DNA of 64,000 nucleotides, taken from assembly GCA_965197585.1 (NCBI GenBank), contig OZ240215.1, positions 1,504,001 to 1,568,000 of the forward strand. The letters are read 5' to 3'. A program made the position numbers and the translations under genes. Positions 19,784 to 28,916 of this stretch are shown one piece after another (the first letter of the stretch is position 1; each line of letters begins with the position of its first letter). The stretch comes from Dehalococcoidia bacterium (GTDB taxonomy: Bacteria; Chloroflexota; Dehalococcoidia; Plut-88900). The notes under the pieces were generated by a model. The model saw only the letters and a program-made list of their open reading frames with translations. It did no database searches and had not been told where the DNA came from.

Positions 19784-20847
19784 TGGACAATTCTTCTCTC
19801 TCTCCCTCGAATGAAAGCAGGCGCGGATCGGGCCTGAGGCGCCTGGGCCGCATTCTGGCCTCTCCATTTTCCAGGTCCCACCGCGAAGGTCAGATCCGAG
19901 TGATCCAGACGTCTCCCGAAACTGCCAATCAAAGCACCCCCGGAGGTAGAAAACTGAACATCAAAAGGAACAAGGCTTCAACAGGGTCCGGCGTGTACAT
20001 TGACGTCGAGAACCTTCAGGGCGAGGCCCAGGACCTCATCTCTTCCCTCATGTTTAACTGGCCCCACCCCGCTCCTCCCCCTTCTCGTCTGACCCTCTAC
20101 GTCCGTGCAGACCAGGTCGAGCTTTGGCGTCTATGGGCCGTCGACCAATTTAATACCGTACAGGTCATCGTCAAAGGCATCCAGCACTTCAGCCGGGACT
20201 CCTCCAAGAACTCCGCCGACATCGCCATCGCCACCAACGCCATCGCCGATTTCGTGCGCGGCAGGATTGCTCATGTTGTCGTCTTGAGTGACGACAGCGA
20301 TTTCATATCCCTCTATGCCTCCATCCACGACGAGGTAGACCAGAACGAAGGCGCCACTCCGTTCCTATGGGTGGTCACGGACCGCCACAAGTCACTCTCC
20401 GCCAACGTCAAGCAGTTCGTCCCTCGGAATATCCTTCACGTGATATCCGCGGATGTCCGCTCCCCCAAATCCCCCCCACCGCCCCCACCCCGCCGGGCCA
20501 GAGCCCCCATCTCAAGACGTCCCGTATCCCCAACTCCCCCACCCCCATCCGCACCTCCGACTCCGCCACCCCTTACACCCGTCCCTTTGGGTAGTCCCTG
20601 GGCCGACATGGCCCGAATTATTGTTCGGGAGCGTCCTGTCGGCGCCTTCAAGAGCACCGACTGCCAGGACATCATCCGACGCCACTGGTCCGGCCACCGG
20701 ATGGCCAGGGCAGGAGGCGGCACTTTCGGCACCGAGTTCAAAAAGAGCGTCTGGCCGGAGCTTGAAAAACTTGGTGTCAAAATCCCTAACCTAAACCGGA
20801 AACCCGTCACCTACGAGATGACCAAAGAGGCCAAAGCAGCGGTCTAG
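19783..20847 (+). CDS. NYN-domain (PIN-fold) protein with a Pro-rich linker
   Basis: YIDVEN, KNSADIAI, LSDDSDF acidic motifs; the start overlaps the upstream stop (TAGTG). Confidence 0.82.
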   Translation: MDNSSLSPSNESRRGSGLRRLGRILASPFSRSHREGQIRVIQTSPETANQSTPGGRKLNIKRNKASTGSGVYIDVENLQGEAQDLISSLMFNWPHPAPPPSRLTLYVRADQVELWRLWAVDQFNTVQVIVKGIQHFSRDSSKNSADIAIATNAIADFVRGRIAHVVVLSDDSDFISLYASIHDEVDQNEGATPFLWVVTDRHKSLSANVKQFVPRNILHVISADVRSPKSPPPPPPRRARAPISRRPVSPTPPPPSAPPTPPPLTPVPLGSPWADMARIIVRERPVGAFKSTDCQDIIRRHWSGHRMARAGGGTFGTEFKKSVWPELEKLGVKIPNLNRKPVTYEMTKEAKAAV

Positions 20848-20864
20848 TAAGGGAAATCAGGCCA

Positions 20865-22835
20865 TTGGCTACCCCATTTCCCCACCTGTTCCAACCGATA
20901 AGGGTCGGCAAGTACACCCTTAAGAACCGGATAGTGAACGCTGGCCACGCCGCCCACTTCCAGGGCGAGGGCGGCCTCCCCGACGATAGGTACGTCCACT
21001 ACGTCCGGGAGCGCGCCAAGGGCGGTGCGGCGATGGTCGTACTAGGCAACACCGTCGTCTACAACGACGGCGAAGTCCCCCTCTCCATGGCCAACTACGA
21101 CGACCGGGTCATCCCCATCTACAGGCGCATGTCCACCGCCACCCATGAGTTCGATACGCCTCTCCTCACCCAACTCGGCCACCGAGGCAAAATGGTCGTC
21201 GACGCATCGGGCGTCCTCGGCAGACCCCTCATGGCCCCCTCCGCCGTCCCCCCACCCCACTTCGCCAGCCCCCAGTACATGCCCCACGAGATGGACTTTG
21301 ATGAGGTGAAGGAGGCCGTCCAGCAATTCTCCGACGCCGCCGCCCGGGTCCGCGAGGGTGGCCTCGATGGCGCCGAAATCCTCGTAGGTCTTGGCTATCT
21401 CATCTCCGAGTTCCTCTTCCCCGACTCCAACCGCCGCACCGACAAATACGGTGGCAGCACTATCGAGGAGCGCATGACCTTCCTCTACGAGGTCATCGAC
21501 GGCTGCCGCAAGGCCCTTGGCCCCGACCTCCTCCTCGGCGTCCGCCTGTATGACGACATGGTCGACTACAGTATCGGCATGAGCGAGCTCAAGGCTATCG
21601 CTCCCCTCCTCGAACGCACCGGCGCCATCGACTATCTCAACGTCTGGCAGGGCGCGATCCCCGACCCCAAGTCCTTCGCCGACCACTGGCCCAGCTACTA
21701 CCGGGAGCCCGGCCAGTTCGTGTACAAAGCCAACGAGATCAAGCAGTTGGTCAGCCTCCCCGTCCTGGGCGCAGGCCGCATCGACTCCCCCGCTCTCGCC
21801 GAGCAACTCTTAGCTGACGGTGTCGTCGACTTGGTCGGCATGGTCCGTGCCCTTATCGCCGACCCCCACCTCCCCAACAAGGCCCGTGAAGGCCGCGCCG
21901 GGGAGATTCGCTACTGCATAGGCACCAACCAGAGCTGTGCCGGACACATCCTCATCGGCCTGGGCGTCGGCTGCATCTACAACCCGGTGACCGGTCGAGA
22001 GAAAGAATGGAGCATCCTGCCCCCCGCCCCTCAGAAGAAAAAGGTGGTCATCGCCGGCGGAGGCCCGGCCGGTATGGAAGCAGCTCGCACAGCCGCCATA
22101 AGAGGCCACGAGGTCATCCTCTTCGAAAAGGGCCCCCGGCTCGGCGGCCAATTGAACCTGATTCTGAAAACCCCCAGGCGGGACCACTTCGAAGAGGTCA
22201 TTCTCTTCTTCGAACGCCAACTTGACAGGCTGGGTGTCGACGTCCGGCTCAACACCGAGGCCACCACCGACCTCATCCTCGCCGAATCCCCCGACTCAGT
22301 CATAGTCGCAACCGGGTCCACTCCCTACACCCCAGAAATCCCGGGCGCCGAGGGCCGGAATGTCGTCAACAGCTGGGATGTCCTGGAAGGATCGACTGAG
22401 TTGGGTGATCGGGTCGTCGTCATCGACACCCAGGGCCGCCCCGAGGCCTCCACCATCGCCGACTACCTCGTCTCCGGCGGCAAGTCCGTCGAAGTCGTCA
22501 CAGGCCTTCAGTACGTGGGCCGGGAGATAACCCCGCCCCTTTGGCAGCACATCTACGAAAGCCTGCTCCGCAAGGGCGTCAAGATGACACCCTTCACCGG
22601 AGTCTTCGAAATCCTCGAAGACTCCCTCTACGTCTACGACACAATCACCTGGGCGCCCCGCTACATCACCGGCGTCGACACCGTAGTCGTAGCCGCCGGC
22701 GGCCAGGCTGTGGACACCCTCTACCGAGACCTCAAGGGCCGCGCCCCTAACCTCCAGGCCATCGGAGACGCCCTCCAACCGAGAGACATAGAAGTCGCCG
22801 TAGTAGACGGCCACCGCGCCGCCCGCGCCGTCTGA
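20865..22835 (+). CDS. NADH:flavin oxidoreductase (OYE barrel plus FAD/NAD domain, FadH-like)
   Basis: ERAKGG, QLGH.G, SNRRTDKYGG, RALIADP, CIGTNQSC...CIYNP, IAGGGPAGMEAA. Confidence 0.92.
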   Translation: MATPFPHLFQPIRVGKYTLKNRIVNAGHAAHFQGEGGLPDDRYVHYVRERAKGGAAMVVLGNTVVYNDGEVPLSMANYDDRVIPIYRRMSTATHEFDTPLLTQLGHRGKMVVDASGVLGRPLMAPSAVPPPHFASPQYMPHEMDFDEVKEAVQQFSDAAARVREGGLDGAEILVGLGYLISEFLFPDSNRRTDKYGGSTIEERMTFLYEVIDGCRKALGPDLLLGVRLYDDMVDYSIGMSELKAIAPLLERTGAIDYLNVWQGAIPDPKSFADHWPSYYREPGQFVYKANEIKQLVSLPVLGAGRIDSPALAEQLLADGVVDLVGMVRALIADPHLPNKAREGRAGEIRYCIGTNQSCAGHILIGLGVGCIYNPVTGREKEWSILPPAPQKKKVVIAGGGPAGMEAARTAAIRGHEVILFEKGPRLGGQLNLILKTPRRDHFEEVILFFERQLDRLGVDVRLNTEATTDLILAESPDSVIVATGSTPYTPEIPGAEGRNVVNSWDVLEGSTELGDRVVVIDTQGRPEASTIADYLVSGGKSVEVVTGLQYVGREITPPLWQHIYESLLRKGVKMTPFTGVFEILEDSLYVYDTITWAPRYITGVDTVVVAAGGQAVDTLYRDLKGRAPNLQAIGDALQPRDIEVAVVDGHRAARAV

Positions 22836-22907
22836 CCCTTCTCGACCGCCCATCGTTCACATCCTGCCGAGTGATAGAATAGCCCTCCCAGGCGATTCGA
22901 TGCCGGC

Positions 22908-25900
22908 ATGAACACAAAGAAGCTAACCACAGCGGTCGAGGATTATTTTGCAGACCTGCGCCGGATTCGCGCCTCCGGCGGCGCAACGGATGAACTCTCT
23001 TACTATCCCCCTCTAACCAATCTTCTGAACGCTGTCGGCGGCACGCTCAAGCCCAAGGTGTTCTGCATCAGTCAGCTTGCGCAGCAAGGTGCTGGTCATC
23101 CCGACTTCGGACTCTACGCTGCACGACAGATCCAGAAAGGCAAACACAACCAGGGGCAAATCCCGGAATGCGGAGTGTTGGAAGTTAAGCCCGTTGGTGA
23201 CGACGCCTGGCTGACAGCCGAAGGCGATCAGGTAAGCAAGTACTGGAACAAGTACCGGCTCGTCCTGGTCACCAACACCCGAGACTTCGTCCTGCTCGGT
23301 GAGGATGAAGCGGGCAGGCCCGCAAAGCTGGAGACCTTCCGGCTGGCCCAGTCCGCGGAAGAGTTCGAGTCCTCGCTAGAGAAACCCCGAGCCTTCGCAG
23401 GTAAGACCAGTGCAGGTCTGGGAGAGTACCTCTCCCGTTCCCTCTCCCACCGAGCAACACTTGTCGAACCCAAAGATTTGGCATGGCTGCTCGCCTCCTA
23501 CGCCCGAGACGGCTTGGCGCGGGTAGAAGCGGCGGGCGACGCACCATCCCTCGCTGCGGTGCGCTCAGCGTTGGAAGAGGCTTTGGGCGTACGATTCGAG
23601 GGAGATAAGGGAGTTGCATTCTTCCGCTCAACCCTCGTCCAGACCCTCTTCTACGGCGTCTTCTCTGCCTGGGTACTCTGGGCAAAGCAGACGCCACCTC
23701 CAAACGGCCCCTTTAATTGGCATGATTCCGTCTGGCACCTGCGTGCTCCTGTACTGAGGGCACTCTTCCAGCAGTTGTCGGACCCCGGTCGCCTGCAACC
23801 CTTGGGGCTTGTCGAAGTCTTGGACTGGACCGCCACTGCTCTTGACCGCGTTGACCGCTCCGCCTTCTTCGACCGATTCAACGAGGGTGAGGCCGTCCCC
23901 TACTTCTACGAGCCGTTTCTGCAGGCGTTCGACCCTGCCCTCCGCAAACAGCTTGGAGTTTGGTACACGCCTATAGAAGTCGTGCGCTACATGGTGGCCC
24001 GGGTGGACCGCGCGCTCAAAGATGATTTGGGCATTGCGGATGGCCTGGCCGCCGAGAACGTCTATGTGCTGGACCCCTGTTGCGGCACAGGTGCATATCT
24101 TGCGGAGGTTCTCCGGCGCATTGCCGACAATCTCAAGGAACGTGGTTTCGGTGCCCTCACCGGCGCACGAGTCAAACAAGCCGCAACTCAGAGAGTATTC
24201 GGCTTCGAAATAATGCCCGCTCCCTTCGTCGTCTCCCACCTGCAAGTCGGCTTGACCATGCAGGCATTGGACGCGCCGCTGTCAGAGGACGGGACAGAGC
24301 GAGCCGGAGTCTTCCTGACCAACGCCCTTACCGGCTGGGAGCCGCGAGTGCAGAAGCCGCTGCCCTTCCCGGAGTTGGAGGAGGAGCGAGAACGCGCCGA
24401 GAAAGTGAAGCAAGACACGCCGGTTCTCGTAATCTTGGGCAATCCGCCCTACAACGGCTTCGCCGGCATGGCGGTGGACGAGGAGCACGAGCTTTCGGCG
24501 GCCTACCGGACGACCAAGCATGTGCAGCCGCCAGAAGGGCAGGGATTGAATGACTTGTATGTGCGGTTCTTCCGCATGGCAGAGCGGCGTATCACCGAGA
24601 AGACAGGCCAGGGTGTGGTCTGTTTCATCTCCAACTACTCATGGCTGGACGGGCTCTCCTTCACTGGAATGAGGGAGCGCTATCTTAAAGCCTTCGACGC
24701 TATTCGTATCGATAATCTCAACGGCGACAAATATAAGACCGGCAAAACTACGCCCGAAGGCGCACCTGATCCAAGTGTCTTTTCAACCCCGGAGAACCCG
24801 GTAGGCATTCAGGTCGGGACCGCAATAACCACCCTTGTGCGTAGGGCCGACCACTCCCCTTCCGGGACCATCGGCTTCCGCCACCTCTGGGGCCAAACCA
24901 AGCGAGAAGAACTTACGGTGACGGCAGAGACTGATACGAATGCCATCTACGACAGTATTGAGCCGAGTCTAACACTCGGGCTGCCTTTCGCACGGATGGC
25001 GGTCAGTAAGGACTGGCACAGTTGGCCATCGCTGCCTGATCTATTTCCAGCCTCGTTTCCCGGCGTAAAGACTAGTCGGGATTCGTTCCTAGTGGACGTT
25101 GACATTGATCGGCTAAAGGCGAGAGTTCAAGATTATTTCAACGCCGAGTTGAGCCACGAAGTAATCGCTCAACATCACCCGGCAGTTATGAATGCCATCA
25201 GCAACTTCAAACCGCGCGCGGTGCGCGACACCCTAATCAAACGTGGAGGCCCTAACGAGGAAGGCTTTCTCCAATACGCCTACCGCCCCTTCGATGAACG
25301 GCGGCTTTACTGGGAAACAGGTGCAAAACTACTTGATCGTCCGCGCCCTGAATACAAACCGCATGTATTCAAGGGCAACCGTTGGCTAGTCACTCAGCAG
25401 AAACCTCGTAGAGAGTGGTCGCCTCCACAGGTCATTGCGCACATAGGATGCCTAGACCTCATGGATCGGGGCGCAACTTGCCTTCCCTTTTATCTACGTG
25501 ATGACGGACTGGGGACCAAAAAAGTTGACGAAACCTTGTGCAGTCCTAACCTATCGCCAGCCGCTGAATACTACCTTGAACGCATGGGGGCAAACGCAGA
25601 AGACTTGTTCCATCACGTCCTCGCCGTTCTCCACAACCCGGCCTATCAAGAGACCAATGCCGGAGCGTTACGGATGCAGTGGCCCCGCATACCCCTTCCC
25701 GGCTGGCCTGACGGCAAAGAGAACGGAGCGGCAAACAAGCTTGCAGCATCCGCGATGCGAGGCAAGGAATTGGCTGCACTGCTGGATTCGGACACACCCG
25801 TGCCTGGTGTGACCGAAGGTGCATTGCGCACGGATATTTCATCTATTACCGTCCCATCGACCGACGACGGCGGTAACATGGCCGGAGACGACTTCGCACT

Positions 25901-26252
25901 GACTGTCGGCTGGGGCCATTTCGGGCAGGGTGAGGCAGTCATGCCAGGCCAGGGCCAGGTTATCGAGCGCCCATACACATCTGATGAGCGCACCACACTA
26001 GGCAATGCTGCGCGGACCCTCGGTGACACTACGTTCGACATTTGCTTAAACGACCGCGCTTACTGGCGCAACGTCCCGGAAGCCGTTTGGAACTACAAGC
26101 TCGGTGGCTACCAGGTCCTCAAAAAGTGGCTGTCGTATCGGGAGCGCAGAGTTTTGGGTCGGAATCTGAAGCCGGACGAGGTCCAGCACTTCACCGACAC
26201 TGCGCGGCGGATAGCGGCCATCTTGACGCTCGTGGCCCAACCCCTCCCCTGA
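22908..26252 (+). CDS. Single-chain type IIG/ISP-like restriction-modification enzyme (PD-ExK nuclease, N6-adenine MTase, specificity domain)
   Basis: PDFGLY...LEVK, GVWYTP, LDPCCGTG, GNPPY, YRPFD, GGYQVLKKWLSYR. Confidence 0.88.
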   Translation: MNTKKLTTAVEDYFADLRRIRASGGATDELSYYPPLTNLLNAVGGTLKPKVFCISQLAQQGAGHPDFGLYAARQIQKGKHNQGQIPECGVLEVKPVGDDAWLTAEGDQVSKYWNKYRLVLVTNTRDFVLLGEDEAGRPAKLETFRLAQSAEEFESSLEKPRAFAGKTSAGLGEYLSRSLSHRATLVEPKDLAWLLASYARDGLARVEAAGDAPSLAAVRSALEEALGVRFEGDKGVAFFRSTLVQTLFYGVFSAWVLWAKQTPPPNGPFNWHDSVWHLRAPVLRALFQQLSDPGRLQPLGLVEVLDWTATALDRVDRSAFFDRFNEGEAVPYFYEPFLQAFDPALRKQLGVWYTPIEVVRYMVARVDRALKDDLGIADGLAAENVYVLDPCCGTGAYLAEVLRRIADNLKERGFGALTGARVKQAATQRVFGFEIMPAPFVVSHLQVGLTMQALDAPLSEDGTERAGVFLTNALTGWEPRVQKPLPFPELEEERERAEKVKQDTPVLVILGNPPYNGFAGMAVDEEHELSAAYRTTKHVQPPEGQGLNDLYVRFFRMAERRITEKTGQGVVCFISNYSWLDGLSFTGMRERYLKAFDAIRIDNLNGDKYKTGKTTPEGAPDPSVFSTPENPVGIQVGTAITTLVRRADHSPSGTIGFRHLWGQTKREELTVTAETDTNAIYDSIEPSLTLGLPFARMAVSKDWHSWPSLPDLFPASFPGVKTSRDSFLVDVDIDRLKARVQDYFNAELSHEVIAQHHPAVMNAISNFKPRAVRDTLIKRGGPNEEGFLQYAYRPFDERRLYWETGAKLLDRPRPEYKPHVFKGNRWLVTQQKPRREWSPPQVIAHIGCLDLMDRGATCLPFYLRDDGLGTKKVDETLCSPNLSPAAEYYLERMGANAEDLFHHVLAVLHNPAYQETNAGALRMQWPRIPLPGWPDGKENGAANKLAASAMRGKELAALLDSDTPVPGVTEGALRTDISSITVPSTDDGGNMAGDDFALTVGWGHFGQGEAVMPGQGQVIERPYTSDERTTLGNAARTLGDTTFDICLNDRAYWRNVPEAVWNYKLGGYQVLKKWLSYRERRVLGRNLKPDEVQHFTDTARRIAAILTLVAQPLP

Positions 26253-26654
26253 CCCCACCCCCATTCCGAGGCCCCGCGAGGAATCTACAGCGCCCCTCCC
26301 TAATTCCACCTTGTCCGCTGAAACCCACCCACTCCATCCGTCATTCCGGCCCCCGAGCCGGAATCCAGCCCTTCCTTCTACCCAGTATTGAACTAGAGGC
26401 CCGCACGGGTGCTGTGCACCCGTGCGGGCCTCTGTTCTTATCTCCCCCCTAACGTCAATCCCGACTCCGATCGGGAATCCATCCCCCTCCCCCCAGTACT
26501 GAATTAGAGGCCCACGTGCGTGCAGAGCACGCACGTGGGCCTCTATTCTTATCTCCCCCTCTCCCTTGAAGGCCCTAAGGGAGAGGGGGACAAAGGGGGT
26601 GAGGGTTCCCCGGTGAGGCTGGGGAGGTGTCTCCCCAAGTGTGACATGAACCCC

Positions 26655-26684
26655 TTGACCCTACTTGAACACCCGTGCTATTAT
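26655..26684 (+). promoter_or_regulatory. Sigma-70-type promoter upstream of the candidate ncRNA
   Basis: TTGACC (26655-26660), 18 bp, extended -10 TGcTATTAT. Confidence 0.55.
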
Positions 26685-26873
26685 CCTCACCGTTCGAACA
26701 CCAGCCTAACTATCTCAAGGAGGAACCAAAAACCCAGGGAAGCCCACCCGGCCCCATCCGAGGACTCAACGCCTAAGCCCATCCCAACGGCCCATACACG
26801 GGGCCCGCGGCACAAGCGACCGGCGCCATCTCCTCATCCCCACCGGGTCCCGTGCACCCTTCCCTATCCCCCA

Positions 26874-27303
26874 GGCGATGGAAAGACGCCCTGGTTCGCT
26901 ATCGTTCCATGTGAGGCTCCTAACGGAGATGCCGCTCCTTCAAGCGGAATAGTGGTCGGATAGGCCCGGCGCCGAGGTCCTCTCGGTACCCCGACCGCTC
27001 AATCAAGCCGGGAGCCGGTGGTCCCTGCACTCCGGGTCGCACCGGCAAACTTGGACATATTACGCCTGCAAGAGGCTCCACCCGGACGCTGGACGAGCCT
27101 CCTAGCCGCCCTATAGCGGTGCAGCCAACCCCTCGGAGTCAGGCTCGGACTTGGTGGCCCTGACGGTCCCTGCCCATGTCCAGCGTATACAGGGCCAAAG
27201 GCCGCAGCAGCGGCAAAAGCGGGCCGGACGCCCTTGCCCCGGGGTGTCGGAGCACCCGAAGCACAGGAACGGGGGCAGCGTCCAGCAAGCGTCTTTCATC
27301 GCC
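26874..27303 (+). ncRNA. Candidate large structured non-coding RNA (family not recognised; strand inferred from the promoter)
   Basis: Closing helix 26874-26889/27289-27303, about nine internal hairpins and two long-range loop pairings; no credible ORF. Confidence 0.6.
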
Positions 27304-27390
27304 AACCACCCAGACAGAACAACCAAAACCCCACCCTCCCACAACTGAATAAACCGGCGTGTCACTATCCCACCCAACGAGTGCACTCCC

Positions 27391-27419
27391 TTGACCCCAC
27401 CCCCCAACCCCTCTAATAT
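27391..27419 (+). promoter_or_regulatory. tRNA promoter
   Basis: TTGACC-N17-TAATAT, 11 nt before the tRNA. Confidence 0.7.
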
Positions 27420-27430
27420 CTCCCCGCGAT

Positions 27431-27505
27431 GCGGGAGTAGCTCAGCGGTAGAGCCCCTGCCTTCCAAGCAGGCTGTCGCCGGTTCGAATCCGGTCTCCCG
27501 CTCCA
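27431..27505 (+). tRNA. tRNA-Gly (anticodon TCC)
   Basis: Acceptor GCGGGAG/CTCCCGC, D-arm AGCTCAGCGGTAGAGC, anticodon loop CTTCCAA, GGTTCGAATCC T-arm, U73 plus encoded CCA. Confidence 0.97.
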
Positions 27506-27506
27506 C

Positions 27507-28691
27507 TCACAGGCTCGCCAACGCCTGTCCCAGGTCCGACTCGATGTCCTCCGCCGACTCTATCCCGCAGGACATCCGGATCAGCCCGCCGTAGATTCCA
27601 ACCTCCTCCCGCTCCCCCTCCGTCAAAGACCTGTGCGACGTCTTCGCCGGGTGCGAAACCGTCGTGCACGTCTCCCCCAGGCTCGCCGCGAACCTGATCA
27701 TCTTCAAAGACCGTATGAACTTCGACGCCGCCTCCACCCCTCCCCTCAGCTCGAACGACACCATGCTCCCGAAACCACCCTCCAACGTCGACTTCGCCAA
27801 CTCATGCTGCGGGTGACTGTCCAGACCCGGATAGTGAACGGCCGCCACCGCCGCGTGCCCCGACAGATATTCCGCCGCCCTCGTGGCATTTTCGCAAGTG
27901 CGAGCCACCCTCAATGGCAGCGTCCGAATCCCCCGTACGATTAACCACGCTGCAAACGGGTCCAACGTACTTCCCCACACCCTGTTCGACTGCCGTATCG
28001 ACGCCATCGCCTCGAACCTCCCCGCCGCCACCCCTCCCATCACGTCCGAGTGTCCGCCTAACAGCTTCGTTGCACTGTGGATTGTCACGTCCGCGCCCAA
28101 TTCCAGGGGCCGCATCAGCAGTGGCGTCGCCAGCGTGTTGTCCACTACCACCTGCACGCCCCTCTCACCCGCCAACCGGGCAATCCCCTCCACGTCCGTC
28201 AGCCGGAGCAGAGGGTTCGTTAACGACTCGACGAGAATGACCTTAGGCAACCGCTCTAAAGCCCGCTCAACCAGCCCCAGGTCCGTCACATCCACGAGCT
28301 CCACCCGAACCCCGAGCCTCGGCAGATGTTGCCTCAGCAGCAGGTTCGTACCTCCGTACAACACGTCCCCCGCCAAAACCGTGTCCCCAGCCTCTGCCAT
28401 CGAAAGCAGCGTGTTACCGATCGCCCCCATCCCCGAGGCAAACGCCACCGCATCGTCGGCATTCTCCAGCTCCGCCACGACCCTTTCCAGGTTCTCCACG
28501 TTGGGGTTTCCATCTCGGGAGTAGATAAAGCCGTCTTTGTTTCCCGCATAGATGTCGTCCAGCAATTCCAGGCTTTCGACCTCGAAGACGGATCCCTGGT
28601 AAATGGGCGCCATCAAGGGCCTCGTCGCCGACTCCACGTCCCTCCCCGCCGACGCGCATATACTCTCCACCGACCGCCTCTTGCCGTTCAC
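27507..28691 (-). CDS. PLP-dependent trans-sulfuration enzyme (cystathionine gamma-synthase/methionine gamma-lyase family)
   Basis: YSRDGNP, FASGMGA, LYGGT, VDNT, HSATKLLGGHSD, SLG, SH, R.SCGIE; GTG start approximate. Confidence 0.92.
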   Translation of the reverse strand: MNGKRRSVESICASAGRDVESATRPLMAPIYQGSVFEVESLELLDDIYAGNKDGFIYSRDGNPNVENLERVVAELENADDAVAFASGMGAIGNTLLSMAEAGDTVLAGDVLYGGTNLLLRQHLPRLGVRVELVDVTDLGLVERALERLPKVILVESLTNPLLRLTDVEGIARLAGERGVQVVVDNTLATPLLMRPLELGADVTIHSATKLLGGHSDVMGGVAAGRFEAMASIRQSNRVWGSTLDPFAAWLIVRGIRTLPLRVARTCENATRAAEYLSGHAAVAAVHYPGLDSHPQHELAKSTLEGGFGSMVSFELRGGVEAASKFIRSLKMIRFAASLGETCTTVSHPAKTSHRSLTEGEREEVGIYGGLIRMSCGIESAEDIESDLGQALASL

Positions 28692-28916
28692 TGCATTTGC
28701 CCTTTCTACCTTGAGTCCTCCCTGAACCCTAGTGCCCAGCCTAGGCAAGATGCCCAGGCTCCGCTCCCTTGAGGATACTATTTCGTAATCGTCATTCCGA
28801 GGCTCCGCGAGGAATCTGGGGAGAGGTCTTATCCCCTCTCCCTCGATGGGAGAGGGCTAGGGTGAGGGTGTTCCGATGCTTACAATCAACATGACGCAAA
28901 CCTAAGCCCCCCTACC

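Noticed and set aside
26260-26610. Possible CRISPR array or integron attC cluster
   Set aside because: No identical direct repeats with regular unique spacers, no RYYYAAC/GTTRRRY boxes, and no cas or intI gene; these are REP-like palindromes
26874-27310. Identification of the structured region as tmRNA, RNase P RNA, SRP RNA, tRNA-Sec or a cobalamin riboswitch
   Set aside because: No tRNA-like T-arm with an ACCA end and G3-U70, no GAGGAAAGTCC or ACAGAAnnCGGCTTA, only a loose CAGG-GCC-AAA-GGC-CGCAG resemblance to SRP helix 8 without flanking pairing, the CTTCAA loop is not in a cloverleaf, and there is no B12 box
27111-27506. 131-aa minus-strand ORF starting MERETGFEPAT
   Set aside because: Typical antisense translation of a tRNA gene
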